Shown here piece by piece: positions 19,270 through 36,800 of a DNA stretch of 64,000 bases. The stretch spans positions 377,394,001-377,458,000 of the forward strand of contig OZ024742.1 in assembly GCA_964016885.1 (NCBI GenBank), written 5' to 3'. The notes beneath the pieces are model-generated. The model saw nothing but the letters and a program-made list of their open reading frames with translations. It was not told where the DNA came from and ran no database searches. The position numbers and the translations under genes are program-made. The stretch is from Eledone cirrhosa (Eukaryota). The number at the start of each line of letters is the position of its first letter. The first letter of the stretch is position 1.

Positions 19270-22200
19270 ATAACTGTAACTATATATTATATATCAACAT
19301 AACTGTAACTATATATTATATATCAACATAGCTGTAACTATATATTATATATCAACATAACTGTAACTATATATTATATTATATATCAACATAACTGTAA
19401 CTATATATTATATATCAACTTAAGTGTAACTATATGTTATATATCAACATAACTGTAACTATATATTATATTATATATCAACATAACTGTAACCATATAT
19501 TATATATCAACATAACTGTAACTATATATTATATATCAACTTAACTGTAACTATATATTATATATCAACATAACTGTAACTATATATTATATTATATATC
19601 AACATAACTGTAACTATATATTATATATAAACATAACTGTAACTAGATATAATATATCAACATAACTGTAACTATATATTATATTATATATCAACATAAC
19701 TGTAACCATATATTATATTATATATCAACATAACTGTAACTATATATTATATATCAACATAGCTGTAACTATATATTATATATCAACATAACTGTAACAA
19801 TATATTATATTATATATCAACATAAATGTAACTATATATTATATATCAACTTAACTGTAACTATATATTATATATCAACATAACTGTAACCCTATATTAT
19901 ATTATATATCAACATAACTCTAACTATATATTATGTTATATATCAACATAACTGTAACTATATATTATATATCAACATAACTGTAACTATATATTATATA
20001 TCAACATAACTGTAACTATATATTATATTATATATCAACATAACTGTAACTATATATTATATATCAACTTAACTGTAACTATATATTATATATCAAGATA
20101 ACTGTAACTTTATATTATATTATATATCAACATAACTGTAACTATATATTATATTATATATCAACATAACTGTAAATATATATTATATTATATTATATAT
20201 CAACATAACTGTATCTATATATTATATATCAACATAACTGTAACTATATATTATATATCAACTTAACTGTAACTATATATTATATATCAACATAACTGTA
20301 ACTATATATTATATTATATATCAACATAACTGTAACTATATATTATATTATATATCAACATAACTGTAAATATATATTATATTATATATCAACATAACTG
20401 TAACTATATATTATATATCAACATAACTGTAACTATATATTATATATCAACATAACTGTAACTATATATTATATTATATATCAACATAACTGTAACTATA
20501 TATTATATTATATATCATCATAACTGTAACTATATATTATATTATATATCAACATAACTGTACCATATATTATATATCAACATAATTGTAACTATATATT
20601 ATATATCAACATAACTGTAACTATATATTATATATCAACATAACTGTAACTATATATTATATTATATATCAACATAACTGTAACTATATATTATATATCA
20701 ACATAACTGTAACTAAATATTATATATCAACATAACTGTAAGAATATATTATATTATATATCAAAATAAATGTAACTATATATTATATATCAACTTAACT
20801 GTAACTATATATTATATATCAACATAACTGTAACCCTATATTATATTATATATCAACATAACTGTAACTATATATTATATTATATATCAACATAACTGTA
20901 ACTATATATTATATATCAACATAACTGTAACTATATATTATATATCAACATAGCTGTAACTATATATTATATATCAACATAACTGTAACTATATATTATA
21001 TTATATATCAACATAACTGTAACTATATATTATATATCAACTTAAGTGTAACTATATGTTATATATCAACATAACTGTAACTATATATTATATTATATAT
21101 CAACATAACTGTAACCATATATTATATATCAACATAACTGTAACTATATATTATATATCAACTTAACTGTAACTATATATTATATATCAACATAACTGTA
21201 ACTATATATTATATTATATATCAACATAACTGTAACTATATATTATATATAAACATAACTGTAACTAGATATAATATATCAACATAACTGTAACTATATA
21301 TTATATTATATATCAACATAACTGTAACCATATATTATATTATATATCAACATAACTGTAACTATATATTATATATCAACATAGCTGTAACTATATATTA
21401 TATATCAACATAACTGTAACAATATATTATATTATATATCAACATAAATGTAACTATATATTATATATCAACTTAACTGTAACTATATATTATATATCAA
21501 CATAACTGTAACCCTATATTATATTATATATCAACATAACTCTAACTATATATTATGTTATATATCAACATAACTGTAACTATATATTATATATCAACAT
21601 AACTGTAACTATATATTATATATCAACATAACTGTAACTATATATTATATTATATATCAACATAACTGTAACTATATATTATATATCAACTTAACTGTAA
21701 CTATATATTATATATCAAGATAACTGTAACTTTATATTATATTATATATCAACATAACTGTAACTATATATTATATTATATATCAACATAACTGTAAATA
21801 TATATTATATTATATTATATATCAACATAACTGTATCTATATATTATATATCAACATAACTGTAACTATATATTATATATCAACTTAACTGTAACTATAT
21901 ATTATATATCAACATAACTGTAACTATATATTATATTATATATCAACATAACTGTAACTATATATTATATTATATATCAACATAACTGTAAATATATATT
22001 ATATTATATATCAACATAACTGTAACTATATATTATATATCAACATAACTGTAACTATATATTATATATCAACATAACTGTAACTATATATTATATTATA
22101 TATCAACATAACTGTAACTATATATTATATTATATATCATCATAACTGTAACTATATATTATATTATATATCAACATAACTGTAACCATATATTATATAT

Positions 22201-24700
22201 CAACATAATTGTAACTATATATTATATATCAACATAACTGTAACTATATATTATATATCAACATAACTGTAACTATATATTATATTATATATCAACATAA
22301 CTGTAACTATATATTATATATCAACATAACTGTAACTAAATATTATATATCAACATAACTGTAAGAATATATTATATTATATATCAAAATAAATGTAACT
22401 ATATATTATATATCAACTTAACTGTAACTATATATTATATATCAACATAACTGTAACCCTATATTATATTATATATCAACATAACTGTAACTATATATTA
22501 TATTATATATCAACATAACTTTAACTATATATTATATATCAACATAACTGTAACTATATATTATATTATATATCAACATAACTGTAACTATATATTATAT
22601 ATCAACATAGCTGTAACTATATATTATTTATCAACATAACTGTAAGAATATATTATATTATATATCAAAATAAATGTAACTATATATTATATATCAACTT
22701 AACTGTAACTATATATTATATATCAACATAACTGTAACCCTATATTATATTATATATCAACATAACTGTAACTATATATTATATTATATATCAACATAAC
22801 TTTAACTATATATTATATATCAACATAACTGTAACTATATATTATATTATATATCAACATAACTGTAACTATATATTATATATCAACTTAACTGTAACTA
22901 TATATTATATATCAACATAACTGTAACTATATATTATATTATATATCAACATAACTGTAACTATATATTATATATCAACATAACTGTAACTATATATTAT
23001 ATATCAACATAACTGTAACTATATATTATATTATATATCATCATAACTGTAACTATATATTATATATCAACATAACTGTAACTATATATTATATATCAAC
23101 ATAGCTGTAACTATATATTATATATCAACATAACTGTAACTATATATTATATTATATATCAACATAACTGTAACTATATATTATATATCAACTTAAGTGT
23201 AACTATATGTTATATATCAACATAACTGTAACTATATATTATATTATATTATATATCAACATAACTGTAACCATATATTATATATCAACATAACTGTAAC
23301 TATATATTATATATCAACTTAACTGTAACTATATATTATATATCAACATAACTGTAACTATATATTATATTATATATCAACATAACTGTAACTATATATT
23401 ATATTATATATCAACATAACTGTAACCATATATTATATTATATATCAACATAACTGTAACTATATATTATATATCAACATAGCTGTAACTATATATTATA
23501 TATCAACATAACTGTAACAATATATTATATTATATATCAACATAAATGTAACTATATATTATATATCAACTTAACTGTAACTATATATTATATATCAACA
23601 TAACTGTAACCCTATATTATATTATATATCAACATAACTGTAACTATATATTATGTTATATATCAACATAACTGTAACTATATATTATATATCAACATAA
23701 CTGTAACTATATATTATATATCAACATAACTGTAACTATATATTATATTATATATCAACATAACTGTAACTATATATTATATATCAACTTAACTGTAACT
23801 ATATATTATATATCAAGATAACTGTAACTTTATATTATATTATATATCAACATAACTGTAACTATATATTATATTATATATCAACATAACTGTAAATATA
23901 TATTATATTATATTATATATCAACATAACTGTATCTATATATTATATATCAACATAACTGTAACTATATATTATATATCAACTTAACTGTAACTATATAT
24001 TATATATCAACATAACTGTAACTATATATTATATTATATATCAACATAACTGTAACTATATATTATATTATATATCAACATAACTGTAAATATATATTAT
24101 ATTATATATCAACATAACTGTAACTATATATTATATATCAACATAACTGTAACTATATATTATATATCAACATAACTGTAACTATATATTATATTAAATA
24201 TCAACATAACTGTAACTATATATTATATTATATATCATCATAACTGTAACTATATATTATATTATATATCAACATAACTGTAACCATATATTATATATCA
24301 ACATAATTGTAACTATATATTATATATCAACATAATTGTAACTATATATTATATATCAACATAACTGTAACTATATATTATATTATATATCAACATAACT
24401 GTAACTATATATTATATATCAACATAACTGTAACTAAATATTATATATCAACATAACTGTAAGAATATATTATATTATATATCAAAATAAATGTAACTAT
24501 ATATTATATATCAACTTAACTGTAACTATATATTATATATCAACATAACTGTAACCCTATATTATATTATATATCAACATAACTGTAACTATATATTATA
24601 TTATATATCAACATAACTTTAACTATATATTATATATCAACATAACTGTAACTATATATTATATTATATATCAACATAACTGTAACTATATATTATATAT
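19270..24700. repeat. 1,622/1,623-bp tandem duplication plus a third related copy about 2.1 kb further on
   Basis: TAAGTG 19421/21043/23194; G of CAAGATA 20097/21719/23817; GTATCT 20211/21833; AGAAT 20741/22364 (+1,623, after a 1-bp deletion at about 20561). Confidence 0.85.
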
Positions 24701-26039
24701 CAACATAGCTGTAACTATATATTATATATCAACATAACTGTAAGAATATATTATATTATATATGAAAATAAATGTAACTATATATTATATATCAACTTAA
24801 CTGTAACTATATATTATATATCAACATAACTGTAACTATATATTATATTATATATCAACATAACTTTAACTATATATTATATATCAACATAACTGTAACT
24901 ATATATTATATTATATATCAACATAACTGTAACTATATATTATATTATATATCAACATAACTGTAACTATATATTATATTATATATCAACATAACTGTAA
25001 ATATATATTATATTATATATCAACATAACTGTAACTATATATTATATATCAACATAACTGTAACAATATATTATATATCAATATAATTGTAACTATATAT
25101 TATATTAAATATCAACATAACTGTAACTATATATTATATTATATATCAACATAACTGTAACTATATATTATATATCAACATAACTGTAACTAAATATTAT
25201 ATATCCACATAGCTGTAACTATATATTATATATCAACATAACTGTAACTATATATTATATTATATATCAACATAACTGTAACTATATATTATATATCAAC
25301 TTAACTGTAACTATATATTATATATCAACATAACTGTAACTATATATTATATTATATATCAACATATCTGTAAATATATATTATATTATATATCATCATA
25401 ACTGTAACTATATATTATATTATATATCAACATAACTGTAACCATATATTATATATCAACATAATTGTAACTATATATTATATATCAAAATAACTGTAAC
25501 TATATATTATATATCAATATAACTGTAACTATATATTATATTATATATCAACATAACTGTAACTATATATTATATATCAACATAACTGTAACTAAATATT
25601 ATATATCCACATAGCTGTAACTATATATTATATATCAACATAACTGTAACTATATATTATATTATATATCAACATAACTGTAACGATATATCATATATCA
25701 ACTTAACTGTAACTATATATTATATATCAACATACCTGTAAATATATATTATATTATATATCAACATAACTGTAACTATATATTATATTATATATCAACA
25801 TAACTGTAACTATATATTATATATCAACTTAACTGTAACTATATATTATATATCAACATAACTGTAACTATATATTATATTATATAATATCATAACTGTA
25901 ACTATATATTATATATCAACATAACTGTAACTATATATTATATATCAACATAGCTGTAACTATATATTATATATCAACATAACTGTAACTATATATTATA
26001 TTATATATCAACATAACTGTAACTATATATTATATATCA

Positions 26040-29000
26040 ACTTAACTGTAACTATATGTTATATATCAACATAACTGTAACTAAATATTATATTATATAT
26101 CAACATAACTGTAACCATATATTATATATCAACATAACTGTAACTATATATTATATATCAACTTAACTGTAACTATATATTATATATCAACATAACTGTA
26201 ACTATATATTATATTATATATCAACATAACTGTAACTATATATTATATATAAACATAACTGTAACTAGATATAATATATCAACATAACTGTAACTATATA
26301 TTATATTATATATCAACATAACTGTAACAATATATTATATTATATATCAACATAAATGTAACTATATATTATATATCAACTTAACGGTAACTATATATTA
26401 TATATCAACATAACTGTAACCCTATATTATATTATATATCAACATAACTGTAACTATATATTATGTTATATATCAACATAACTGTAACTATATATTATAT
26501 ATCAACATAACTGTAACTATATATTATATTAAATATCAACATAACTGTAACTATATATTATATTATATATCATCATAACTGTAACTATATATTATATTAT
26601 ATATCAACATAACTGTAACCATATATTATATATCAACATAATTGTAACTATATATTATATATCAACATAACTGTAACTATATATTATATATCAACATAAC
26701 TGTAACTATATATTATATTATATATCAACATAACTGTAACTATATATTATATATCAACATAACTGTAACTAAATATTATATATCCACATAGCTGTAACTA
26801 TATATTATATATCAACATAACTGTAACTATATATTATATATCAACTTAACTGTAACTATATATTATATATCAACATAACTGTAACCCTATATTATATTAT
26901 ATATCAACATAACGGTAACTATATATTATATTATATATCAACATAACTTTAACTATATATTATATATCAACATAACTGTAACTATATATTATATTATATA
27001 TCAACATAACTGTAACTATATATTATATATCAACATAGCTGTAACTATATATTATATATCAACATAACTGTAAGAATATATTATATTATATATCAAAATA
27101 AATGTAACTATATATTATATATCAACTTAACTGTAACTATATATTATATATCAACATAACTGTAACCCTATATTATATTATATATCAACATAACTGTAAC
27201 TATATATTATATTATATATCAACATAACTTTAACTATATATTATATATCAACATAACTGTAACTATATATTATATTATATATCAACATAACTGTAACTAT
27301 ATATTATATATAAACATAACTGTAACTAGATATAATATATCAACATAACTGTAACTATATATTATATTATATATCAACATAACTGTAACCATATATTATA
27401 TTATATATCAACATAACTGTAACTATATATTATATATCAACATAGCTGTAACTATATATTATATATCAACATAACTGTAACAATATATTATATTATATAT
27501 CAACATAAATGTAACTATATATTATATATCAACTTAACTGTAACTATATATTATATATCAACATAACTGTAACCCTATATTATATTATATATCAACATAA
27601 CTGTAACTATATATTATGTTATATATCAACATAACTGTAACTATATATTATATATCAACATAACTGTAACTATATATTATATTATATATCAACATAACTG
27701 TAACTATATATTATATATCAACTTAACTGTAACTATATATTATATATCAAGATAACTGTAACTATATATTATATATCAACATAACTGTAACTAAATATTA
27801 TATATCAACATAACTGTAAGAATATATTATATTATATATCAAAATAAATGTAACTATATATTATATATCAACTTAACTGTAACTATATATTATATATCAA
27901 CATAACTGTAACCCTATATTATATTATATATCAACATAACTGTAACTATATATTATATTATATATCAACATAACTTTAACTATATATTATATATCAACAT
28001 AACTGTAACTATATATTATATTATATATCAACATAACTGTAACTATATATTATATATCAACATAGCTGTAACTATATATTATATATCAACATAACTGTAA
28101 GAATATATTATATTATATATCAAAATAAATGTAACTATATATTATATATCAACTTAACTGTAACTATATATTATATATCAACATAACTGTAACCCTATAT
28201 TATATTATATATCAACATAACTGTAACTATATATTATATTATATATCAACATAACTTTAACTATATATTATATATCAACATAACTGTAACTATATATTAT
28301 ATTATATATCAACATAACTGTAACTATATATTATATATCAACTTAACTGTAACTATATATTATATATCAACATAACTGTAACTATATATTATATTATATA
28401 TCAACATAACTGTAACTATATATTATATTATATATCAACATAACTGTAAATATATATTATATTATATATCAACATAACTGTAACTATATATTATATATCA
28501 ACATAACTGTAACAATATATTATATATCAATATAACTGTAACTATATATTATATTAAATATCAACATAACTGTAACTATATATTATATTATATTATATAT
28601 CAACATAACTGTAACTATATATTATATATCAACATAACTGTAACTAAATATTATATATCCACATAGCTGTAACTATATATTATATATCAACATAACTGTA
28701 ACTATATATTATATTATATATCAACATAACTGTAACTATATATTATATATCAACTTAACTGTAACTATATATTATATATCAACATAACTCTAACTATATA
28801 TTATATTATATATCAACATAACTGTAAATATATATTATATTATATATCATCATAACTGTAACTATATATTATATTATATATCAACATAACTGTAACCATA
28901 TATTATATTTCAACATAATTGTAACTATATATTATATATCAAAATAACTGTAACTATATATTATATACCAACATAACTGTAACTATATATTATATTATAT

Positions 29001-30840
29001 ATCAACATAACTGTAACTATATATTATATATCAACATAACTGTAACTAAATATTATATATCCACATAGCTGTAACTATATATTATATATCAACATAACTG
29101 TAACTATATATTATATTATATATCAACATAACTGTAACGATATATCATATATCAACTTAACTGTAACTATATATTATATATCAACATACCTGTAAATATA
29201 TATTATATTATATATCAACATAACTGTAACTATATATTATATTATATATCAACATAACTGTAACTATATATTATATATCAACTTTAGTGTAACTATATGT
29301 TATATATCAACATAACTGTAACTATATATTATATTATATATCAACATAACTGTAACCATATATTATATATCAACATAACTGTAACTATATATTATATATC
29401 AACTTAACTGTAACTATATATTATATATCAACATAACTGTAACTATATATTATATTATATATCAACATAACTGTAACTATATATTATATATAAACATAAC
29501 TGTAACTAGATATAATATATCAACATAACTGTAACTATATATTATGTTATATATCAACATAACTGTAACAATATATTATATTATATATCAACATAAATGT
29601 AACTATATATTATATATCAACTTAACGGTAACTATATATTATATATCAACATAACTGTAACCCTATATTATATTATATATCAACATAACTGTAACTATAT
29701 ATTATGTTATATATCAACATAACTGTAACTATATATTATATATCAACATAACTGTAACTATATATTATATTAAATATCAACATAACTGTAACTATATATT
29801 ATATTATATATCATCATAACTGTAACTATATATTATATTATATATCAACATAACTGTAACCATATATTATATATCAACATAATTGTAACTATATATTATA
29901 TATCAACATAACTGTAACTATATATTATATATCAACATAACTGTAACTATATATTATATTATATATCAACATAACTGTAACTATATATTATATATCAACA
30001 TAACTGTAACTAAATATTATATATCCACATAGCTGTAACTATATATTATATATCAACATAACTGTAACTATATATTATATATCAACTTAACTGTAACTAT
30101 ATATTATATATCAACATAACTGTAACCCTATATTATATTATATATCAACATAACGGTAACTATATATTATATTATATATCAACATAACTTTAACTATATA
30201 TTATATATCAACATAACTGTAACTATATATTATATTATATATCAACATAACTGTAACTATATATTATATATCAACATAGCTGTAACTATATATTATATAT
30301 CAACATAACTGTAAGAATATATTATATTATATATCAAAATAAATGTAACTATATATTATATATCAACTTAACTGTAACTATATATTATATATCAACATAA
30401 CTGTAACCCTATATTATATTATATATCAACATAACTGTAACTATATATTATATTATATATCAACATAACTTTAACTATATATTATATATCAACATAACTG
30501 TAACTATATATTATATTATATATCAACATAACTGTAACTATATATTATATATAAACATAACTGTAACTAGATATAATATATCAACATAACTGTAACTATA
30601 TATTATATTATATATCAACATAACTGTAACCATATATTATATTATATATCAACATAACTGTAACTATATATTATATATCAACATAGCTGTAACTATATAT
30701 TATATATCAACATAACTGTAACAATATATTATATTATATATCAACATAAATGTAACTATATATTATATATCAACTTAACTGTAACTATATATTATATATC
30801 AACATAACTGTAACCCTATATTATATTATATATCAACATA
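26040..30840. repeat. Duplicated block at 3,241-bp offset (about 26.0-27.6 kb vs 29.3-30.8 kb)
   Basis: TTAACGG 26381/29622; AACGG 26911/30152; G of TAAGAA 27074/30315. Confidence 0.85.
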
Positions 30841-33800
30841 ACTGTAACTATATATTATATTATATATCAACATAACTGTAACTATATATTATATATCAAC
30901 ATAACTGTAACTATATATTATATATCAACATAACTGTAACTATATATTATATTATATATCAACATAACTGTAACTATATATTATATATCAACTTAACTGT
31001 AACTATATATTATATATCAAGATAACTGTAACTATATATTATATTATATATCAACATAACTGTAACTATATATTATATTATATATCAACATAACTGTAAA
31101 TATATATTAAATTATATATCAACATAACTGTATCTATATATTATATATCAACATAACTGTAACTATATATTATATATCAACATAACTGTAACTATATATT
31201 ATATTATATCAACATAACTGTAACTATATATTATATTATATATCATCATAACTGTAACTATATATTATATTATATATCAACATAACTGTAACCATATATT
31301 ATATATCAACATAATTGTAACTATATATTATATATCAACATAACTGTAACTATATATTATATATCAACATAGCTGTAACTATATATTATATTATATATCA
31401 ACATAACTGTAACTATATATTATATATCAACATAACTGTAACTAAATATTATATATCAACATAATTCTAACTATATATTATATATCAACATAGCAGTAAC
31501 TATATATTATATATCAAAATAACTGTAACTATATATTATATATCAACTTAACTGTAACTACATATTATATATAAACATAACTGTAACTATATATTATATT
31601 ATATATCAACATAACTGTAACTATATATTATATATCAACTTAACTGTAACTACATATTATATATAAACATAACTGTAACTATATATTATATTATATATCA
31701 ACATAACTGTAACTATATATTATATATCAACATAACTGTAACTATATATTATATATCCACATAGCTGTAACTATATATTATATATCAACATAACTGTAAC
31801 TATATATTATATTATATATCAACATAACTGTAACGATATATCATATATCAACTTAACTGTAACTATATATTATATATCAACATACCTGTAAATATATATT
31901 ATATTATATATCAACATAACTGTAACTATATATTATATTATATATCAACATAACTGTAACTATATATTATATATCAACATAACTGTAACTATATATTATA
32001 TTATATATCATCATAACTGTGACTATATATTATATATCAACATAACTGTAACTATATATTATATATCAACATAGCTGTAACTATATATTATATATCAACA
32101 TAACTGTAACTATATATTATATTATATATCAACATAACTGTAACTATATATTATATATCAACTTAACTGTAACTATATATTATATATCAACATAACTGTA
32201 ACTATATATTATATTATATATCAACATAACTGTAACGATATACTATATATCAACATAACTGTAACTATATATTATATTATATATCAACATAACTGTAACT
32301 ATATATTACATTATATATCAACATAACTGTAACTATGTATTATATATCAACTTAACAGTAACTATATAATATATATCACCATAACTGCACCTGTATATTA
32401 TATTATATATCAACATAACTGTAACTATATATTATATATATATATCAACATAACTGTATCTATATATTATATATGAACATAACTGTAACTATATATTATA
32501 TTATATATCAACATAACTGTAACTATATATTATATATTAACATAACTGTAACTATATATTATATATCAACGTAACTGTAACTATATATTATATTATATAT
32601 CAACATAACTGTAACTATATATTATATATCAACATAACTGTAACTAGATATCATATATCAACATAACTGTAACTATATATTATTTTATATATCAACATAA
32701 CTGTATCTATATATCATATTATATATCAACATAAATGTAACTATATATTATATATCAACATAACTGTAACTATATATCATATATCAACATAACTGTAACT
32801 ATATATTATATATCAACATAACTGTAACTATATATTATATATCATCATAACTGTAACCTTATATTATATATCAACATAACTGTAACTATATATTATATAT
32901 CAACATAACTGTAACTATATATTATATTATATATCAACATAACTGTAACTATATATTATATATCAACATAACTGTAACTATATATTGTATTATATATCAA
33001 CATAACTGTGACCATATATTATATATCAACATAACTGTAACGATATATTATATATCAACTTAACTGTAACTATATATTATATTTCAACATAACTGTAACT
33101 ATATATTATATTATATATCAAGCTAATTGTAACTATTTATGATATTATATATCAACATAACTGTAACTATATATTATATATATCAACATAACTGTAACTA
33201 TATATTATATATCAACATAACTGTAATTATATATTATATTATATATCAACATAACTGTAACTATATATTATATATTAACATAACTGTAACTATATATTAT
33301 ATATCAACATAACTGTAATTATATATTATATTATATATCAACATAACTGTAACTATATATTATATATCAACATAACTGTAACTAGATATAATATATCAAC
33401 ATAACTGTAACTATATATTATATATAAACATAACTGTAACTAGATATAATATATCAACATAACTGTAACTATATATTATATTATATATCAACATAACTGT
33501 AACCATATATTATATTATATATCAACATAACTGTAACTATATATTATATATCAACATAGCTGTAACTATATATTATATATCAACATAAATGTAACAATAT
33601 ATTATATTATATATCAACATAAATGTAACTATATATTATATATCAACTTAACTGTAACTATATATTATATATCAACATAACTGTAACCCTATATTATATT
33701 ATATATCAACATAACTGTAACTATATATTATGTTATATATCAACATAACTGTAACTATATATTATATATCAACATAACTGTAACTATATATTATATTATA

Positions 33801-36800
33801 TATCAACATAACTGTAACTATATATTATATATCAACTTAACTGTAACTATATATTATATATCAAGATAACTGTAACTATATATTATATATCAACATAACT
33901 GTAACTAAATATTATATATCAACATAACTGTAAGAATATATTATATTATATATCAAAATAAATGTAACTATATATTATATATCAACTTAACTGTAACTAT
34001 ATATTATATATCAACATAACTGTAACCCTATATTATATTATATATCAACATAACTGTAACTATATATTATATTATATATCAACATAACTTTAACTATATA
34101 TTATATATCAACATAACTGTAACTATATATTATATTATATATCAACATAACTGTAACTATATATTATATATCAACATAGCTGTAACTATATATTATATAT
34201 CAACATAACTGTAAGAATATATTATATTATATATCAAAATAAATGTAACTATATATTATATATCAACTTAACTGTAACTATATATTATATATCAACATAA
34301 CTGTAACCCTATATTATATTATATATCAACATAACTGTAACTATATATTATATTATATATCAACATAACTTTAACTATATATTATATATCAACATAACTG
34401 TAACTATATATTATATTATATATCAACATAACTGTAACTATATATTATATATCAACTTAACTGTAACTATATATTATATATCAACATAACTGTAACTATA
34501 TATTATATTATATATCAACATAACTGTAACTATATATTATATTATATATCAACATAACTGTAAATATATATTATATTATATATCAACATAACTGTAACTA
34601 TATATTATATATCAACATAACTGTAACAATATATTATATATCAATATAACTGTAACTATATATTATATTAAATATCAACATAACTGTAACTATATATTAT
34701 ATTATATATCAACATAACTGTAACTATATATTATATATCAACATAACTGTAACTAAATATTATATATCCACATAGCTGTAACTATATATTATATATCAAC
34801 ATAACTGTAACTATATATTATATTATATATCAACATAACTGTAACTATATATTATATATCAACTTAACTGTAACTATATATTATATATCAACATAACTCT
34901 AACTATATATTATATTATATATCAACATAACTGTAAATATATATTATATTATATATCATCATAACTGTAACTATATATTATATTATATATCAACATAACT
35001 GTAACCATATATTATATATCAACATAATTGTAACTATATATTATATATCAAAATAACTGTAACTATATATTATATATCAACATAACTGTAACTATATATT
35101 ATATTATATATCAACATAACTGTAACTATATATTATATATCAACATAACTGTAACTAAATATTATATATCCACATAGCTGTAACTATATATTATATATCA
35201 ACATAACTGTAACTATATATTATATTATATATCAACATAACTGTAACGATATATCATATATCAACTTAACTGTAACTATATATTATATATCAACATACCT
35301 GTAAATATATATTATATTATATATCAACATAACTGTAACTATATATTATATTATATATCAACATAACTGTAACTATATATTATATATCAACTTAACTGTA
35401 ACTATATATTATATATCAACATAACTGTAACTATATATTATATTATATATCATCATAACTGTAACTATATATTATATATCAACATAACTGTAACTATATA
35501 TTATATATCAACATAGCTGTAACTATATATTATATATCAACATAACTGTAACTATATATTATATTATATATCAACATAACTGTAACTATATATTATATAT
35601 CAACTTAACTGTAACTATATGTTATATATCAACATAACTGTAACTATATATTATATTATATATCAACATAACTGTAACCATATATTATATATCAACATAA
35701 CTGTAACTATATATTATATATCAACTTAACTGTAACTATATATTATATATCAACATAACTGTAACTATATATTATATTATATATCAACATAACTGTAACT
35801 ATATATTATATATAAACATAACTGTAACTAGATATAATATATCAACATAACTGTAACTATATATTATATTATATATCAACATAACTGTAACAATATATTA
35901 TATTATATATCAACATAAATGTAACTATATATTATATATCAACTTAACGGTAACTATATATTATATATCAACATAACTGTAACCCTATATTATATTTATA
36001 TATCAACATAACTGTAACTATATATTATGTTATATATCAACATAACTGTAACTATATATTATATATCAACATAACTGTAACTATATATTATATTAAATAT
36101 CAACATAACTGTAACTATATATTATATTATATATCATCATAACTGTAACTATATATTATATTATATATCAACATAACTGTAACCATATATTATATATCAA
36201 CATAATTGTAACTATATATTATATATCAACATAACTGTAACTATATATTATATATCAACATAACTGTAACTATATATTATATGATATATAAACATAACTG
36301 TAACTATATATTATATATCAACATAACTGTAACTAAATATTATATATCCACATAGCTGTAACTATATATTATATATCAACATAACTGTAACTATATATTA
36401 TATATCAACTTAACTGTAACTATATATTATATATCAACATAACTGTAACCCTATATTATATTATATATCAACATAACGGTAACTATATATTATATTATAT
36501 ATCAACATAACTTTAACTATATATTATATATCAACATAACTGTAACTATATATTATATTATATATCAACATAACTGTAACTATATATTATATATCAACAT
36601 AGCTGTAACTATATATTATATATCAACATAACTGTAAGAATATATTATATTATATATCAAAATAAATGTAACTATATATTATATATCAACTTAACTGTAA
36701 CTATATATTATATATCAACATAACTGTAACCCTATATTATATTATATATCAACATAACTGTAACTATATATTATATTATATATCAACATAACTTTAACTA

